Assembly: GCA_028023455.1 (NCBI GenBank)
Contig: JAQFVV010000007.1
Coordinates: 3,286,001 to 3,350,000, forward strand
Reading direction: 5' to 3'
DNA length: 64,000 bases
From: Epiperipatus broadwayi
Lineage: Eukaryota > Animalia > Onychophora
The position numbers and the translations under genes were made by a program. Under the pieces are notes generated by a model. It was given only the letters and a program-made list of their open reading frames with translations. It had not been told where the DNA came from and did not search any database. Below, one piece after another: positions 12,505-26,149 of the stretch (positions within the stretch are counted from its first letter, which is position 1; every line of letters begins with the position of its first letter).

Positions 12505-14068
12505 TAAATAATTTTTCACCCAAATTTGAATCTTTTTTTTTTTGCCTATTATCTGAGGAACTATAATTGTTTGCTGATTGTAATCTGCTATTAATTTGTG
12601 ACACCTTTGTTGTATTTCTTAAACCACCAAATAACCACCATCATTTAATCTGCAGTGATTATTCAACTCTGCTTCAATCTGTTTGAAGAAAAACTATACT
12701 AAATAATTTTGCTCCAATACTCTTCAACATCTGAATGTTTGTATGTATAATTTTGCACCCAAATTTGAACCTTTTTTTTGCCTATTATCTGAGGAACTAT
12801 AATTGTTTGCTGATTGTAATCTGCTATTAATTTGTGACACCTTTGTTGTATTTCTTAAACCACCATCATTTAATCTGCTCTTACTATTCAAGTGTGTTAA
12901 AATCTGTTCTCTGCAGTGATTATTCAACCCTGCTTCAATCTGTATGAAGAAAAACTACACTAAATAATTTTGCTCCAATACTCTTCAACACTTGAATGTT
13001 TCTATGAATAATTTTGCACCCAAATTTTGCCTATTTTCTGCGGAACTATAATTGTTTGCTGATTATAATCTGCTATTAATTTGTGACACCTTTGTCGTAT
13101 TTCTTAAACCACCAAATAACCACCATCATTTAATCTGCAGTGATTATTCAACTCTGCTTCAATCTGTTTGAGAAAAACTACACAAAATAATTTTGGTCCA
13201 ATACTCTTCAACATCTGAATGTTTGTATGAATAATTTTGTACCCAAAGCCTAAAAATTTGAACCTTCTTTTGCCTATTTTCTGCGAAACTATAATTATTT
13301 GCCCGTTGATTGTAATCTGATGTTAATTGATGCCATCTTTGTCGTATTTTTGCTGCAAACATCCAACTGCCTACTACAAATGCGTGGAAAGAAATTGGTA
13401 AATATATATTTTTCTGTAATCTTCTTACTGCTTTTTATTTTTTAAATATTGATGAATTTAAATGATATGCCATAATTTCAAAGCAGCATAATATTAATTT
13501 GATAAATTGAACCGGGGGGGGGGGGTATAATAAGCACTGCTTTGGAATCTATTTGAAAAGTACTTATTTTTTATGATTTGCCATAATTTCAAAGCATATT
13601 TGTAAATGTTGAAAGCTAAATATTGATGAAATTCTGTTTGACATTAAGCATTAAAAGTGTTTCTGATTTTGTTGTAACTGTGATTTTATAGCATTTTCTT
13701 GATTTCTTTTTTAATTTGCCTTTTACAAGATTTTGTTCGTTTTATTTTGCTTTAGGCATTTCACTTTGTCCATTTCAGCAAAGAATTGTTCATTCTGGGG
13801 GGGGGGGGTCAATCATTTCTGCTATTTCTTTTTTATACATATATATGTTTTCAGCGATTTTTTATTTTTGTTTACATCGATGTTTTCAGTGTTTTTTTTC
13901 ATTGGGGGGGGGGTCCATCGATCATTTCAGCTACTTTTTTAATTCTTGTTTACATCCATGTTTTCAGCGTTTTTGGTGTAGAAGTTTATCACTTGCATGC
14001 TTCTTGAGGGTTGTTGATGGTACCGCAGCAACGCCAAGCGGCCGCATTACACGGTCAAAACAACTACC
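12505..14068 (-). repeat. Right terminal inverted arm of the Merlin element with extra tandem subrepeats
   Basis: 12897-14068 pairs with the left arm. About four tandem copies of the subrepeat (CCAAATTTG... starts near 12520, 12759, 13020 and 13243), versus two on the left. Confidence 0.9.
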
Positions 14069-14154
14069 TAAAAGTTAAATATAGTAAATTAGTTTTATGA
14101 GTATTTTTTACATTTATGTATTTGATTTTGAATTACATTTTGCCTATTTGTTCA

Positions 14155-14339
14155 TACTGGATGGGAAGTTTAGGCAATGGCCTTAGAACAGATTACCCTT
14201 AAATACATGCATTTCAATGTAACTGTTGTATTAATCTACCATTTAGCTACTGGATGGGAGTTTAGGCAATGGCCTTAGAACAGATTACTCTTAATTACAT
14301 GCATTTCAACGTAACTGTTGCATTAATCTACCATTTAGC
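14155..14339. repeat. 93-bp tandem duplication
   Basis: TACTGGATGGGA...CTACCATTTAGC starts at 14155 and again at 14248. Confidence 0.85.
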
Positions 14340-15783
14340 AACTATAACTCCACTGTATTATATACATTTTGTTTAATTTTTCACAATAATTTTTTAATGT
14401 CAGTAATAACATAAATAGATATATATAATTATGTTATCAGATAAGCTCCAAGCAAGACTAAGAAAAGGCTATTAAATGAAAAGAAAATTCAATTAATATT
14501 CAAAATGACAAATTGCTACATTAAATCAATTTAACTAAATATATGTGAGACCAGGATTTTCAAATAGAACAACATATATATATATATATATGATTTGTGA
14601 AAAATTTTCTCTATATATATTGAAACAGACACGTTGTTTCACACATATATTTTCAAGATTTCTTTCCCTCCCCAGCTAAAGCGGTTTAAATTAAAAATAA
14701 AACTGATGTAGTTCAGTAAATAAAAATTTTAATAAAGAAGCAAGTGACAGTGAATTAACATCACTTTTCCAACTATGTTATAAAAACAAATACCAAAAAA
14801 AAAAAAGGTAAAATAAAGAAAATATAAAAGAAGCATTTAATTAATAAATTTTTAGCATCACCTTCTTGCCTGGGGCTTTAAATCAGTTGTTTTTTAAAAA
14901 CATGTTGGTAGATGAAAAAAGTGCAGGAAGCAGAAGAAATAAAAGGAGCAGCTTAATTTGGTAAGGACAGTTACAGTAAATCAGTTATTAGTAGGGAGAC
15001 CTGTTGAAATAGTAGTCATTGTTATGCAATTTGTTACTTTTAGGAATTCTAAAATAACCAAGTTGGAAAACACAGTTATCATCAACAGAAGAAAACTTTT
15101 TTAATTACTGGATAACTGAATAATGGAAAAGCGCATTATTAATTTGGAAAACCCCCGTATGAGTGGGTAGAAATCAGTTCTTCTTTCTCTCTCCAAACAT
15201 GTGAAAAGCCCAGGAAAATCAGAAAACATGCCCAATTAACAACAGCAATAATTCAGTGTGCCATTCACCCAAGTCAACCCCTTCTTGATGTGAAGATTTA
15301 AATATCACATGATCACTATCTCTTATATGGAGAGTTTTGCCTTGTTTAAGATTTAAATATCAAGGTAAGAAAAATTTAGATACATTTATAATATTTAAAT
15401 ATATTTTGAAAATGTATTTGTTGAAATAATTAACGTATAAAATAAAATACAATTATTCAAATGATTGATTTATCAAATAAAACCTAAGAAAATAATGTTT
15501 TTAAAGAATAATGTTTTTAAAGGAATAATTATACTGATTTTAAGAACTTAAGAATATTGATTTAAAAATAAATGAAAAATATAATAAAATGTGAGTTAAA
15601 TCACAGATGTATTTATATATATATATGTGAATACAGGATTTGTAATGCTTGGATAGAAAAATTAAATTGAATACGTTTCTACTTCAAATATGAACAGGAA
15701 TTAGATATGCCTTCATAATACACAGATTAAAAATGCTTCTATGTAAAAATTAAATTGAATGAATGTGTTTCTATTTTAAATAT

Positions 15784-16450
15784 ACACCTGTATCAAAGAT
15801 GAATTAAACAAATGAATAACTCAAATCTACAAATCTGAATTAGAGAATTAATCTTTTAATATAAATCAATGAGAAAAATCTACATCCATACGCTTGGATT
15901 AAAGATGAATTAAGTAAATAAATGATTTAAATCTACAAATCTGAATTAGAGAATTAATATTTTAATGACTTGAATTTAAACCCAGACACCTGTATCAAAG
16001 ATGAATTAAACAAATGAATAACTCAAATCTACAAACATGAATTCGAGAATTAATCTTTTAATATAAATAAATGACTTGAACCTACATCCATATGCCTGGA
16101 TTAAAGATGAATTAAGTAAATGAATGATTTAAATCTACAAGTCTGAATTAGAGAATTAATCTTTTAATATAAATGAATGACATGAACCTACATCCATACA
16201 CTTGGATTAAAGATGAATTAAATAAATAAATGATTTAAATCTACAAATCTGAAATAGAGAATTAATAAATGAATGACATGAACCTACATCCATACACTTG
16301 GATTAAAGATGATTAAATAAATAAATGATTTACATCTACAAATCTGAAATAGAGAATTAATATTTTAATATAAGTGAATGACTTGAATTTAAACCCAGAC
16401 ACCTGGATCGAAGATGAATGACTTGAATTTATATCCACATACCTGGATCC
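15784..16450. repeat. Minisatellite, about 100-bp unit, about 6-7 diverged copies
   Basis: Recurrent AAAGATGAATTAA...AAATCTACAAATCTGAATTAGAGAATTAAT at about 100-bp spacing, alternating ACACCTG and CCTACATCCATA variants. Confidence 0.85.
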
Positions 16451-17974
16451 CAGATGAATGAATGAGACTTACATCCAGATACCACAATCGAGGATGAATA
16501 TTTTGTACAGAACTTATAGTTGGACTTATTGCACCAATCATCGATGATTATGAAAAGAATGATTAAATGTAAATCAAACTGACCTAGGACCATATGCGAA
16601 TATAAAAACTGACAATCCAAAGATGAACTGTCAATAACTTTTGTTGTCAAATAAATAAATCATTGTTATCTAAAACTAATCTATCTAGTCAGTTTTATTT
16701 CACATCACTCATCATTTATTGCATTTTTTCACAAGAATCTCATGCCTCCTGAGCTATATTCAGCATAACCAGATCTGAATAAGTAAGTAAGGTTATGGTA
16801 AGTTGGAACTCTAGTGGCACCATTTGGGAAACCATTTTCTAGATGTTTCCAGTCTCTTAAATGCTACATCCTCGGATGAGCAGGAAATATTGTTGTAGGG
16901 TGGTAAGATAAACATTGGGTAATGCCAATCTTTATTTCCATCCTGCAATATGCTCATCAGGAAATAGTTAAAACCGATAATATAGGTTGGTAGTTGATCC
17001 GGTTACAATATATATATACGTAATGATAAATAATACATTAATATTAAAAAAATATAATATGTGAAATTTACCAAGTGTATTTTAAATAATAATTAAACAT
17101 GGCAGTTAGAGGACAGTTCAATAATTATTTTAAATAGATTATAGATTTGGTAAATTTTGCATGTCATTGTATTTATTTAATATATAAATATATAAGTGAT
17201 ATAAAAGTGGGAAGGGATATGTGAAATTGAAGACATTGACAATGAACAAAACCGAATGGAAAAATGAATGAATTAATTGTGTGGCTCCTTTCTGGACCTG
17301 ACCATGAGACAGAACACTATTGATGTCTGAAAATTGATATTTGTGATTGATAAAAAAAATTAAGTGCAGATAAACAAAAGATTACCATCTCTATGTGACT
17401 TACTATAAGTTTTAGTAAGTAATAATAGATGCAAATAATGATAGTACTTATTAAATCCCTATTTTGTGTTGTCCTATCCAATATCCCCAGATTAGTTTCA
17501 AACTTATGGCTTTCATCATTGAGGAGCTTTATATCTTGAACCAGTGCACCTGGACCTTTAAAATCTAATGCACCCTCCTCCTTCCATTATCTACTTTTTA
17601 CCACTCTCTTATACTATCAAACTATCAGCCTAAATTAAAAAATATGTTTTCAATATAAGCCAACATGCTTGCATAGTCATATAGATCTGAAACCAGTTCA
17701 ATTTCTATATACTATGATGTCCTTAGTCTTTTGATAACTAGAGTACCTCTATTTCTGTGGCCAGGAGTTGGTATAAACCAATAAAATATCACTTGACTCC
17801 ATCATAGTTATCAAAAAACTAAGGACACCATGAAAGTGAACTGATTTCAAATCTATATGACTACGCAAGCAAGTTGACTTAAATTAAAAACATTTATATG
17901 TTGTTTTTTTTAATTTGGACTGATAGTTTGATAGTATAACAAAGAATCCAAGTGCACTGATCTAAGATCCAAGT

Positions 17975-18015
17975 TCCTGACTGATAAAAGACGTAAGCTT
18001 GAAACTAGTCTTGGA
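17975..18015 (+). ncRNA. Degenerate type I hammerhead ribozyme related to the 37-kb family
   Basis: TCCTGA-CTGATAA-AAGAC GTAA GCTT-GAAA-CTAGTC-TTGGA. Same GAAACTAGTC stem III/cleavage motif as the 37-kb ribozymes. G8-to-A core change and weak stem I. Confidence 0.55.
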
Positions 18016-19272
18016 TAGAGCAGAACAGAATAGAGATTTAATAAGCACTATGATCACCTGGATATTACATAATTATTAGAGTTTAAGTAAATGGCATAGA
18101 GATGATGAAAAATTATACTGCTATGTAATAAGTCAGGTGATATTTTACTGATTTATAAACAACTGACACAAACAGAAAGATAACTAATGAAAATTAGTAA
18201 AGTGTGAATAATGTTTAATAAAAAAAAAAAAGATTAAAAAAAAGAAAAGAGTTTACAAAGTTGGATACACAGAAATTGTTTTTTATTCAAGAGAATGCAA
18301 TTTTAATATTTATTGACGAGCAACCTTCCATTTAAATAATAATCCAAAATGGAATAAATAAATTTGCTTTGAGTAAAGAATTGCACAAAATATTCTTTAC
18401 TGTTTCCTCTAATATGAAGAAAAGCAAGAATGAAAATACTCTATTACTTGTTCTCATGAATATATTTATGTGACAAACTATCATTATAACTCATCTATCC
18501 CAACATGTATAAGTTGTCTTGTTTTACGACTTTTTTGCACAATTCATGCATAAACTGAAAAAATTATAAATCTTTATTACTGAGATGTATTGAAGCATGT
18601 CTTCTTTAATTAAACAATCATCCTTAATTGAAAAACTACTAAATTATGATTCAACTTTGGTTGATAGAACAAAAAAGTAAAATTAATTTGTTGCTAATGA
18701 TCCGTTTCTTTTATCTTTTATGTACGACTAATATGAATTTTTATTTAAGTTTGAACAATATGATAAAAAAATTGAATTATTCTTATAAAACCATTTATTT
18801 TGATCATAAGCAAAGAAAAATTAAGTAGTAGTATTAACTTATTTCCAAATATATTTTTAATTATGTATAAATACGTTAACCAGTATGGTTTAGGACAATA
18901 GTAGAGTGGTGAAATCTGGTCCATAGAACACATCTACAGCTTGTCACTTCTAGAGCTCAAACTTTTTAAAACTTCCAAGCAATAAACTTTGATTATTTAT
19001 TTTTATTTTAATAACATATGTTCACAATAAAGTTGTAATAATCTCTTACTTCCCAATGTCAAATTCCTTACAAATCATTTTAATATTTTCTTTATCTATA
19101 AGTTCATCAAACAATGATTACTCAGCTTCACTATTTCCATTAGTTCCCCATTTAATAATTTTTAACAAAAGGTAAATACAAGCACGGCTGCATAAAACAT
19201 GATATTTATTTTAAATAGAAATTATATTTAGTCGGCATACAAATGAGAAAATTAATATACGCCCATACTTAC

Positions 19273-19425
19273 TTCAACTTTTTTAAAGTACGATCCTGAT
19301 AAATTTGATTGGCACAGTATTTTACATAAACTCCAAAATCATTTTCAGCATGTTGTGCTACAATATCACATACATCAGATATGACAACACTTTCTTGCCA
19401 ACGTGCCTCTAAGTCCGCTAAAAAT
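19273..19425 (-). CDS. Exn: Ephexin-family RhoGEF coding exon (DH domain)
   Basis: Acceptor ttttctttcag and donor GTAAGT. 153 bp, phase 2/2: (R)FLADLEARWQESVVISDVCDIVAQHAENDFGVYVKYCANQIYQDRTLKKL(K). Confidence 0.95.
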
Positions 19426-21630
19426 CTGAAAGAAAATACATAACTGGGTTATTATAATAACTTAAGACAAAAACACAGCAAATTTACCTAAACACAAAAT
19501 ACTGGCCTGAATAAGAATTATATTTATACAAAATATACTATTAAATTTTTTTTAATTATTATTAACATTTCATATTACAGACATTATAATGACTTGTATT
19601 AATACATTTTGTAATGTCTTTCATAATTACATTAAAGAATCTATATTGAAAAAAATTCATTTTTTTTTTTTTTTTTTTAGTTCATCCTAGTATTATAATC
19701 AAATTAATGAACACAGGCAGCTCTCTGCTTAGATAAAGAAAGTATTCGGCAATCCCTTATTTAAAGTAAATTTTTACATAAACAGAATTCCCATTTAGAT
19801 TTACAATAACCACTAAACATGGTAATGAAAATGAAAAAATATTTTTTAGCAAATGAAAAATAACAATACAATATATCCTAAAAGATTTTTATGTAGCAAA
19901 TAACATTAACCGAGAGCTGTGCTAACTTAAAATCATTTTTTTTGCAATGTACATATGCCAGGAAATGTTGCTTAAGTTCATATTTATCTAAATTGGATTT
20001 ACATAAGTAGGGACTACTAGTATTATTGGAAAATACTACAGACTAAAATTCAACCTTCTGCAAATATACTAATGCTTTTAAAAATGTTCATATTTATAGT
20101 TAATGAATTTGTTTATTATTGATTATGTTCATTCATATAATTTAAAAAAAGTGTTGACTGCAGATGTATTTATTTTTCTTGGCCAATTAACATAGTTCTG
20201 TATTAAAAGCCCTATGTAGAAGTTTGAATAATAAATATTGTATTGATGATCGTTATTTCTATTTGCCATATGCAGTTAACTTGCCCTATTATAAGTGCCC
20301 CTAAAAAAATGTTTTCAGTTGTTAATTTGCATTATCATTAAGGATTTACAATTTGCTTATATATATATATTGATTATATTTGATGAGTGTTGTTTAGTGA
20401 TATGATCATATTTTTTCTTTTTATTTTATTAATTAATTTATCTGTAAGGTATTCCAATCTTGAAATATTTCAATTGTGATAGTTGCTATCAAAACATTAT
20501 ATCAGTAATGTTAGAATTTGTTGTTAAACTTTACTTGAACTCCAAAATCATGAATTATACACATATAAACTACAGTCTTAATAATAAGTGTACTGTCCTC
20601 ATAATATAGTTCAAGTTACATTAAAGACAACCATATAACTAGTATTAAAAAAAGAGAAAATATCATTTAAATTTGAAAGGTAAATTACTTAGAAAAAAAA
20701 ATTATTTAAAAAGTATAAAATGGATGTCAGGTTCATGTAATCATTTATATAACGATAAAATTCAGAATGTTGAATTATCAACTAATGGTGACTCTATAAA
20801 TGGTTTTGTGTATAAATAAATTGTGTTCCAATATTTGTCAAATTAATATTATCTCATGTTAATTTTATTTATCGTGTTTCATCCAATATATAAATCAGAG
20901 AAAATCATGGTCTCCGGACCTATGATAAAAATAATTAGCTTATGTGATGATTATAAAGAAAAGGTAAGAGAGACCTTCAAAGGTAGTTTACAGTCTTGAA
21001 GGAGGATATTGGCTATAGGGCTATTAATTACAACAAGGAAACCAAATATAGAAGGGCACTTGTCCATTAAGATTGATATTTAAACACAATCTAAATAATC
21101 TTCTAGGTTCTGAAAGAATCCGGTGGTGTCCAACTGAGTTAGCAAGAGTTGCCTCAATATGAGTTAAACATTAAAACTTGTAGCATCTTTCACCTCCAAC
21201 ATTGTAAAAACCTAGTGGTAACATTGGAAACTAGCTTCATTTAAGAGTTTCTTAGTACAATTGTTAAAGTACAGCCTCAAACAATTAATGACAAATAATT
21301 TATTAATGAGTTTTTTTGTGTTCAATTGAAATTCAGTTTAATTATGCCTCCATTTTGAATATTAATGTATACATGCACATATATAGTTATTTTTTTCCTG
21401 CACGATGTGCATGTATATATAAATATTGTTCCTATCTAAATTTTACACTTCAATTATTTATAAAATAAAAATCAAAAATAGCCTCTTTGCACATATTCAA
21501 TCTTTATACAAAATAAATGTAGTATTAAACAAATCACTTATTCTATGAGAAGATTAGTTATAAATATAATCAAAATACATTTATATAAATAATATACTGT
21601 GGATATTATATATATATATATTATTAATAC

Positions 21631-21809
21631 CTTTCACTAACATCTCTTACAGCTACAATGTTGGAAAAAAGGCAATGCTTATCTCGCCTTTCTATCACAC
21701 AGCGCGTAGAATGTTCAAATGAAAATTCTGGTGCCATTAGAAAATTATTCACAAGAATATTCAGACTTTTAAGATAAGCAGCTTCAGAAGTAATGACTTC
21801 AAACATGGC
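21631..21809 (-). CDS. Exn: Ephexin-family RhoGEF coding exon (DH domain N-terminus, CR1)
   Basis: Acceptor ttttttttag and donor GTATTA. 179 bp: AMFEVITSEAAYLKSLNILVNNFLMAPEFSFEHSTRCVIERRDKHCLFSNIVAVRDVSE(R). Confidence 0.95.
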
Positions 21810-24800
21810 CTAAAAAAAATTAAAATAAACTTAAAAATACATAAAGAAAACAATCTATGATTAATAATTTGTGCTTATTGTGTATAAGGGTATATGTTTA
21901 TCACCTAAAAGTATGAAATATAAGATGGTGCATTTGTAAACATTTTATTATAGTCAATAATAAAACTTCATATGTTAAAATAGTTAATATTAAATGGTTA
22001 GACAATAGAGGTGCTAACACGTGGTCAATTTTCATATGGGTTGATGGTATGAAACAGTCAATTTGTTTACATATTAAATAATAATATAATTTTAAAAAAG
22101 AGATTACGTTTTAATCAAAGGTAGTGTAGTCCTCAATTTTCTTTAAAACAAAATAAAAATAAAACCTATATGTCAATTTTTAAAAACCTCTTATTTTGCA
22201 ATAATTAGACAAATGAGATAAATGTATTTTTTGAATATATTTAAAGGTGTTTTTCTTTATGACAAATAAATTTCATAAAAGTTTCATTCCCATATTCTAA
22301 TAATAAAATGAATTCCAAAAATCATTATAACCTATAGCTTCATTTAGGAGTTTATTTATCAAAGCTAATATTATTGTTACAAAGGGCTACTTCTCAAAAG
22401 TTTACTATCAAAACTAAACATAAAATAAATGTATCAAATAAACATTTGCTATAAGGCATAAAATTACTTAATATTAATTATTCTTTTCATTATTTTGAAA
22501 AACATATAGTCTATTATGTTTAAAGGCAAAATATAATAATTTTTCTATTCTACAGACCAAAACTGCAATAAATGTAAAAAAAGGAAAAATATTCAGAATT
22601 TCATTTCTATATTTTTCATATTCAACAACATTGATAATGAAAATATTTACATTTTCTATTGTAATGGTAAGAACTCATATGCCTGGTTAACACGTTGCAA
22701 AATTCCACCACCATGTTCGAAAAGCAGCATAACAGGTGGGTTCAGGGCCTGCAGTACCATGTTTGAACATAATCATTTTATTTCACAACAAACCCCACAT
22801 GACAACGCGTATACCATAACAATAGTAAATATCTTTCTAGGCCTGGTGGTCATGTAGATACAAGAGACTCTAACTAAGATTAAGGGCTACTGCTATTTAC
22901 TTTAATGTGATTATAATAATTGAAATGAGATATTGAACATTACTATTAAACAAAACAGACAAGCAAATGCATAAATAGGTAGATACAAATATTTAATAAC
23001 GGTTAAATTAAGTTACATTTGATTTAAAACGCTACTGGGATATCATTATTCAATTACATCTCATGCCTCACGTTTAAATTGCGGATGTTGTGAGATTACG
23101 ATATGAGATCCCAAGTAGGAGTATATCTGCCAATCCAGCAATCATTATTTATTTACTTATTATTAATAAATAAGTCTACACTAACGAAATTACTATTAGA
23201 GTAGCTGATGTGAAGGAGTGGAAATAGATCTAGCATAGATATTCATATTCATAAACAAAGTGACACGCGATAGGTTTAGGTCTGCCGAATTTAAGAAGAC
23301 TCGGTTTTTCTTTGAGTACAACCGCTGAAAAACATTAGAGACAGGAGGGATGGCCAAACATCAGGCCGGAGCCATTAAGAGTAGTCACGAGCACGCCATC
23401 GGTATGAGGTCTTAGCCTTTCCATCGCCGACCGCGTGACGAGGTTAGTTACCATTGGGGTCATTTCTGTATACCAGATTATTATGGGAACTAGAATATTT
23501 GAAGAATCCGACTATTTTGTTTCTGCGGTTTAACTTAATCTTCATCCATAAGCCAACACATTTCACAAAATCAATGCAAATCATTTTATTTACTACTATG
23601 CTTTTAAAACAGAGAGTTTATTTCCAATCCCCACACTGATTAAACGAATTAATATCTATCTACTACCCTCCCCTCTTTTATGATTATATTACTCTAGATT
23701 GACAAGACTTAATGAAATATAATTTAATATACTATTTAAAAAAAATGAAATGATTGTTAAAGTGGCTAATACGTTATACTAACGATGATAGGGTCTTGCT
23801 TCTATATTATTTATAACAACATATAAAAATAAATTTATAATTCCCGAGCTGATCATTTATAAAAAGAGAAGGGAATTTTAGGCGAATCTAAAAGTCGTGC
23901 ACAAAGTAGCAACACTTTACGAATTTACTTGTTAGGGAACATCAGCTCGGAAATCATGTAGGCATGAAATATAATATATAATCAATAACAAAAATTATAG
24001 ATACCCAAGTAGAAGAATAAGAAAAAGCTTTATGAAATTTATAGGATATTACATTATGTTTTAGCACATATTTACAAGATGGAGATGAGAGTTTAGCTTT
24101 AAAAATACGATACATTTAAGTTAAAAATCAAATTTTAAAGATACAACACGTAATAGGAATTTAAATTAAGAGTTCAAAAAGAGAGTCTTTTTACTCTTGG
24201 GTATCGTTTTACCTTCAATTATTTGAAGAGTACACACTTGATGGGAGAGCCCGAGGTTCCTTGTTTAATAGCATTCACATTTTGAAGATATACACATGCA
24301 GCAGTTTGAGTTTAGGTTTGTTTCATTTGTATTATGGGAAGCTCCGTATTTCCATAGCCACAGTCTGGAGAAGCACAGAAGTCACCCTACTCCTCGCACA
24401 TTGTTAGGTTAAAGTATGATCTGGATCCGAAACAAAGCAACAGCATAACTTTTAAAATTTAACAGCAATAACGAATTACCAGCGACCATAAGCTTCACAA
24501 GATAACCAGCTTGTTGCTTTTATTCCTTTCTCTTTTATCTTTCAGATCCATCGAACAATTGTGTCATCCATCCAAGTGGTCTCTCTGGTCTGTGCTATCT
24601 ATCCTTTCAGGTAACGGATGCATAAGTGGCACATATTGAGATTGCAATTTCAATTCGACCACATTTTTCTCTACCTCGGTTTGGTAGATCAGAAGCACAT
24701 GTTGAAATTGCAATTTCAATCCGACCACCTTTTTAATTTACATTACTTTTGACCTAATTATAAATGCTTTTAACAAACTTTTAAATGACGAGTTTAGGAA

Positions 24801-24867
24801 TACTTCTCAACTCTATTATCTTTTCCCCCTCCCACTATGACTTGCAAACTCTAATTAGTAGAGGAAT

Positions 24868-25112
24868 ATCTATTTTTAACTACATTTACTTTTAAAAGTT
24901 AAAAGAAATATTTTAGATTTTATAATTTAAAATATTATATAAATCTGACCTAAATAATAATAATAACGCAATTCTTAAATCTTACAAAATTACATCTATT
25001 TTTAAATATGTTTACATTTAAAAGTTAAAAGAAATATTTTAGATTTTTATAATTTAAAATATTACATAAATCTGATCTAAATAATAATAATAACGCAATT
25101 ATCAAATCTTAA
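24868..25112. repeat. 126-bp tandem duplication
   Basis: ATCTATTTTTAA...TAAAAGTTAAAAGAAATATTTTAGATTTT...TAATAACGCAATT repeated at 24868 and 24994. Confidence 0.8.
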
Positions 25113-25899
25113 ACAAAATTGCATGTTACAAATCTAATAAATCATCTGCAATGCGTTATATTTTTAAAATAGACTTCACATCGGAGTGTGTGCATATATA
25201 CAATATTTTTAAATAACTGTACATATATTTTATAATATTACGCACAAAGTCCAATATTCGAGGTCAGAACCTATGTAAGATAACAATATTGGGTGAGAGG
25301 TGGAGAGATGACAGAACTGAGGTGAAACTAAGATTTGAATTCAAATCTTACTGTTTCACTATTAATCTTCTAAATACAAGGGCATGCAGTTGACAACATT
25401 CTATACTGCCTGCACTGTTTAATATAATAGTAACATGACCATTCTGAGTCTATGAATTGTGATTCCACATCTTCACTTCTCACATTCAAATTTCTTATAA
25501 AGTCATAAGTAATTAATCATTCAATTATTTAATAATTGCACTTTTAATCCAAAATCATCATTAATGACAATATTTAGAATAATTGTGACATCTATTTCAC
25601 AATTATTATAAAACCAATCTTAAAAACATATATAATTTTCTCATTAATATTTCCTAAAGGATTATAAATACCATTTAAAATCATAAACATTTCCATGTAA
25701 ATAAGATCTGTAAAAATACAAGTGGGAAGATATCAAAGGCACATCTTCATTACATTTACTCTGATTAACATAATGATACTTGAGATGAATACTTCAGTTT
25801 AAGAATTTAAAAATGAAAAAAGTTTTCACTAATGTAATATTACAGCATAATGTTATTTTAAGGGGCAGACTTCAAAGTTTAATATTCCTATAGTATGCC

Positions 25900-26147
25900 T
25901 CTCCCTCCTTTGTCATTTCAGGTGATCAAACTTCTGAAGTTCCAAGTAATAAACCAATCAATTGAAACATCACAAAATGTTGGTCTGTACAAAAAATTTT
26001 TAATCTTTGTAAATTTTAATTATAAAATTATAATTAAAAACTTATTTTTTTCTAAATAAAAATTTTGATTATAAAGACTTAAAAATAAAATATGATAAAG
26101 ACAATTTATTTTTAATGATAAACAGAAATAAATTAGATAGGAAAATA
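25900..26147. repeat. About 250-bp direct repeat, copy A (copy B at 32756-33011)
   Basis: TCATTTCAGGTG...CTTCTGAAGTTCCAA...CATCACAAAATGTTGGTCTGTA...AAATAAATTAGATA occurs at both loci with scattered substitutions. Confidence 0.85.
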
Positions 26148-26149
26148 CA

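Larger units (their letters stand above)
9604..14068 (+). mobile_element. Merlin-superfamily (IS1595/ISXO2-like) DNA transposon with long foldback TIRs, 4465 bp
   Basis: Termini GGTAGTTGTTTTGA...TCAAAACAACTACC. Perfect 8-bp TSD TAAAAGTT (9596-9603 and 14069-14076). Inverted arms at about 9604-10818 and 12897-14068 enclose a DDE transposase remnant. Confidence 0.95.

Noticed and set aside
9635-14078. Many short ORFs on both strands in the Merlin arms
   Set aside because: They are mirror-image translations of the inverted repeats with low-complexity composition, not genes.
15784-16450. CRISPR-like periodicity
   Set aside because: The whole unit repeats with no unique spacers, the context is eukaryotic, and there are no cas genes.
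16865-16965. Hammerhead-like words CGGATGAGCAGGAAA (+) and CTGATGAGCATATTGC (-)
   Set aside because: The core is mutated or GAAA is not adjacent to stem II, and stems I and III cannot be closed in register.
23180-23215. CTGATGTGAAGGAGTGGAAATAGATCTAG, hammerhead-like
   Set aside because: A9 is absent, and there is no stem II or stem I.
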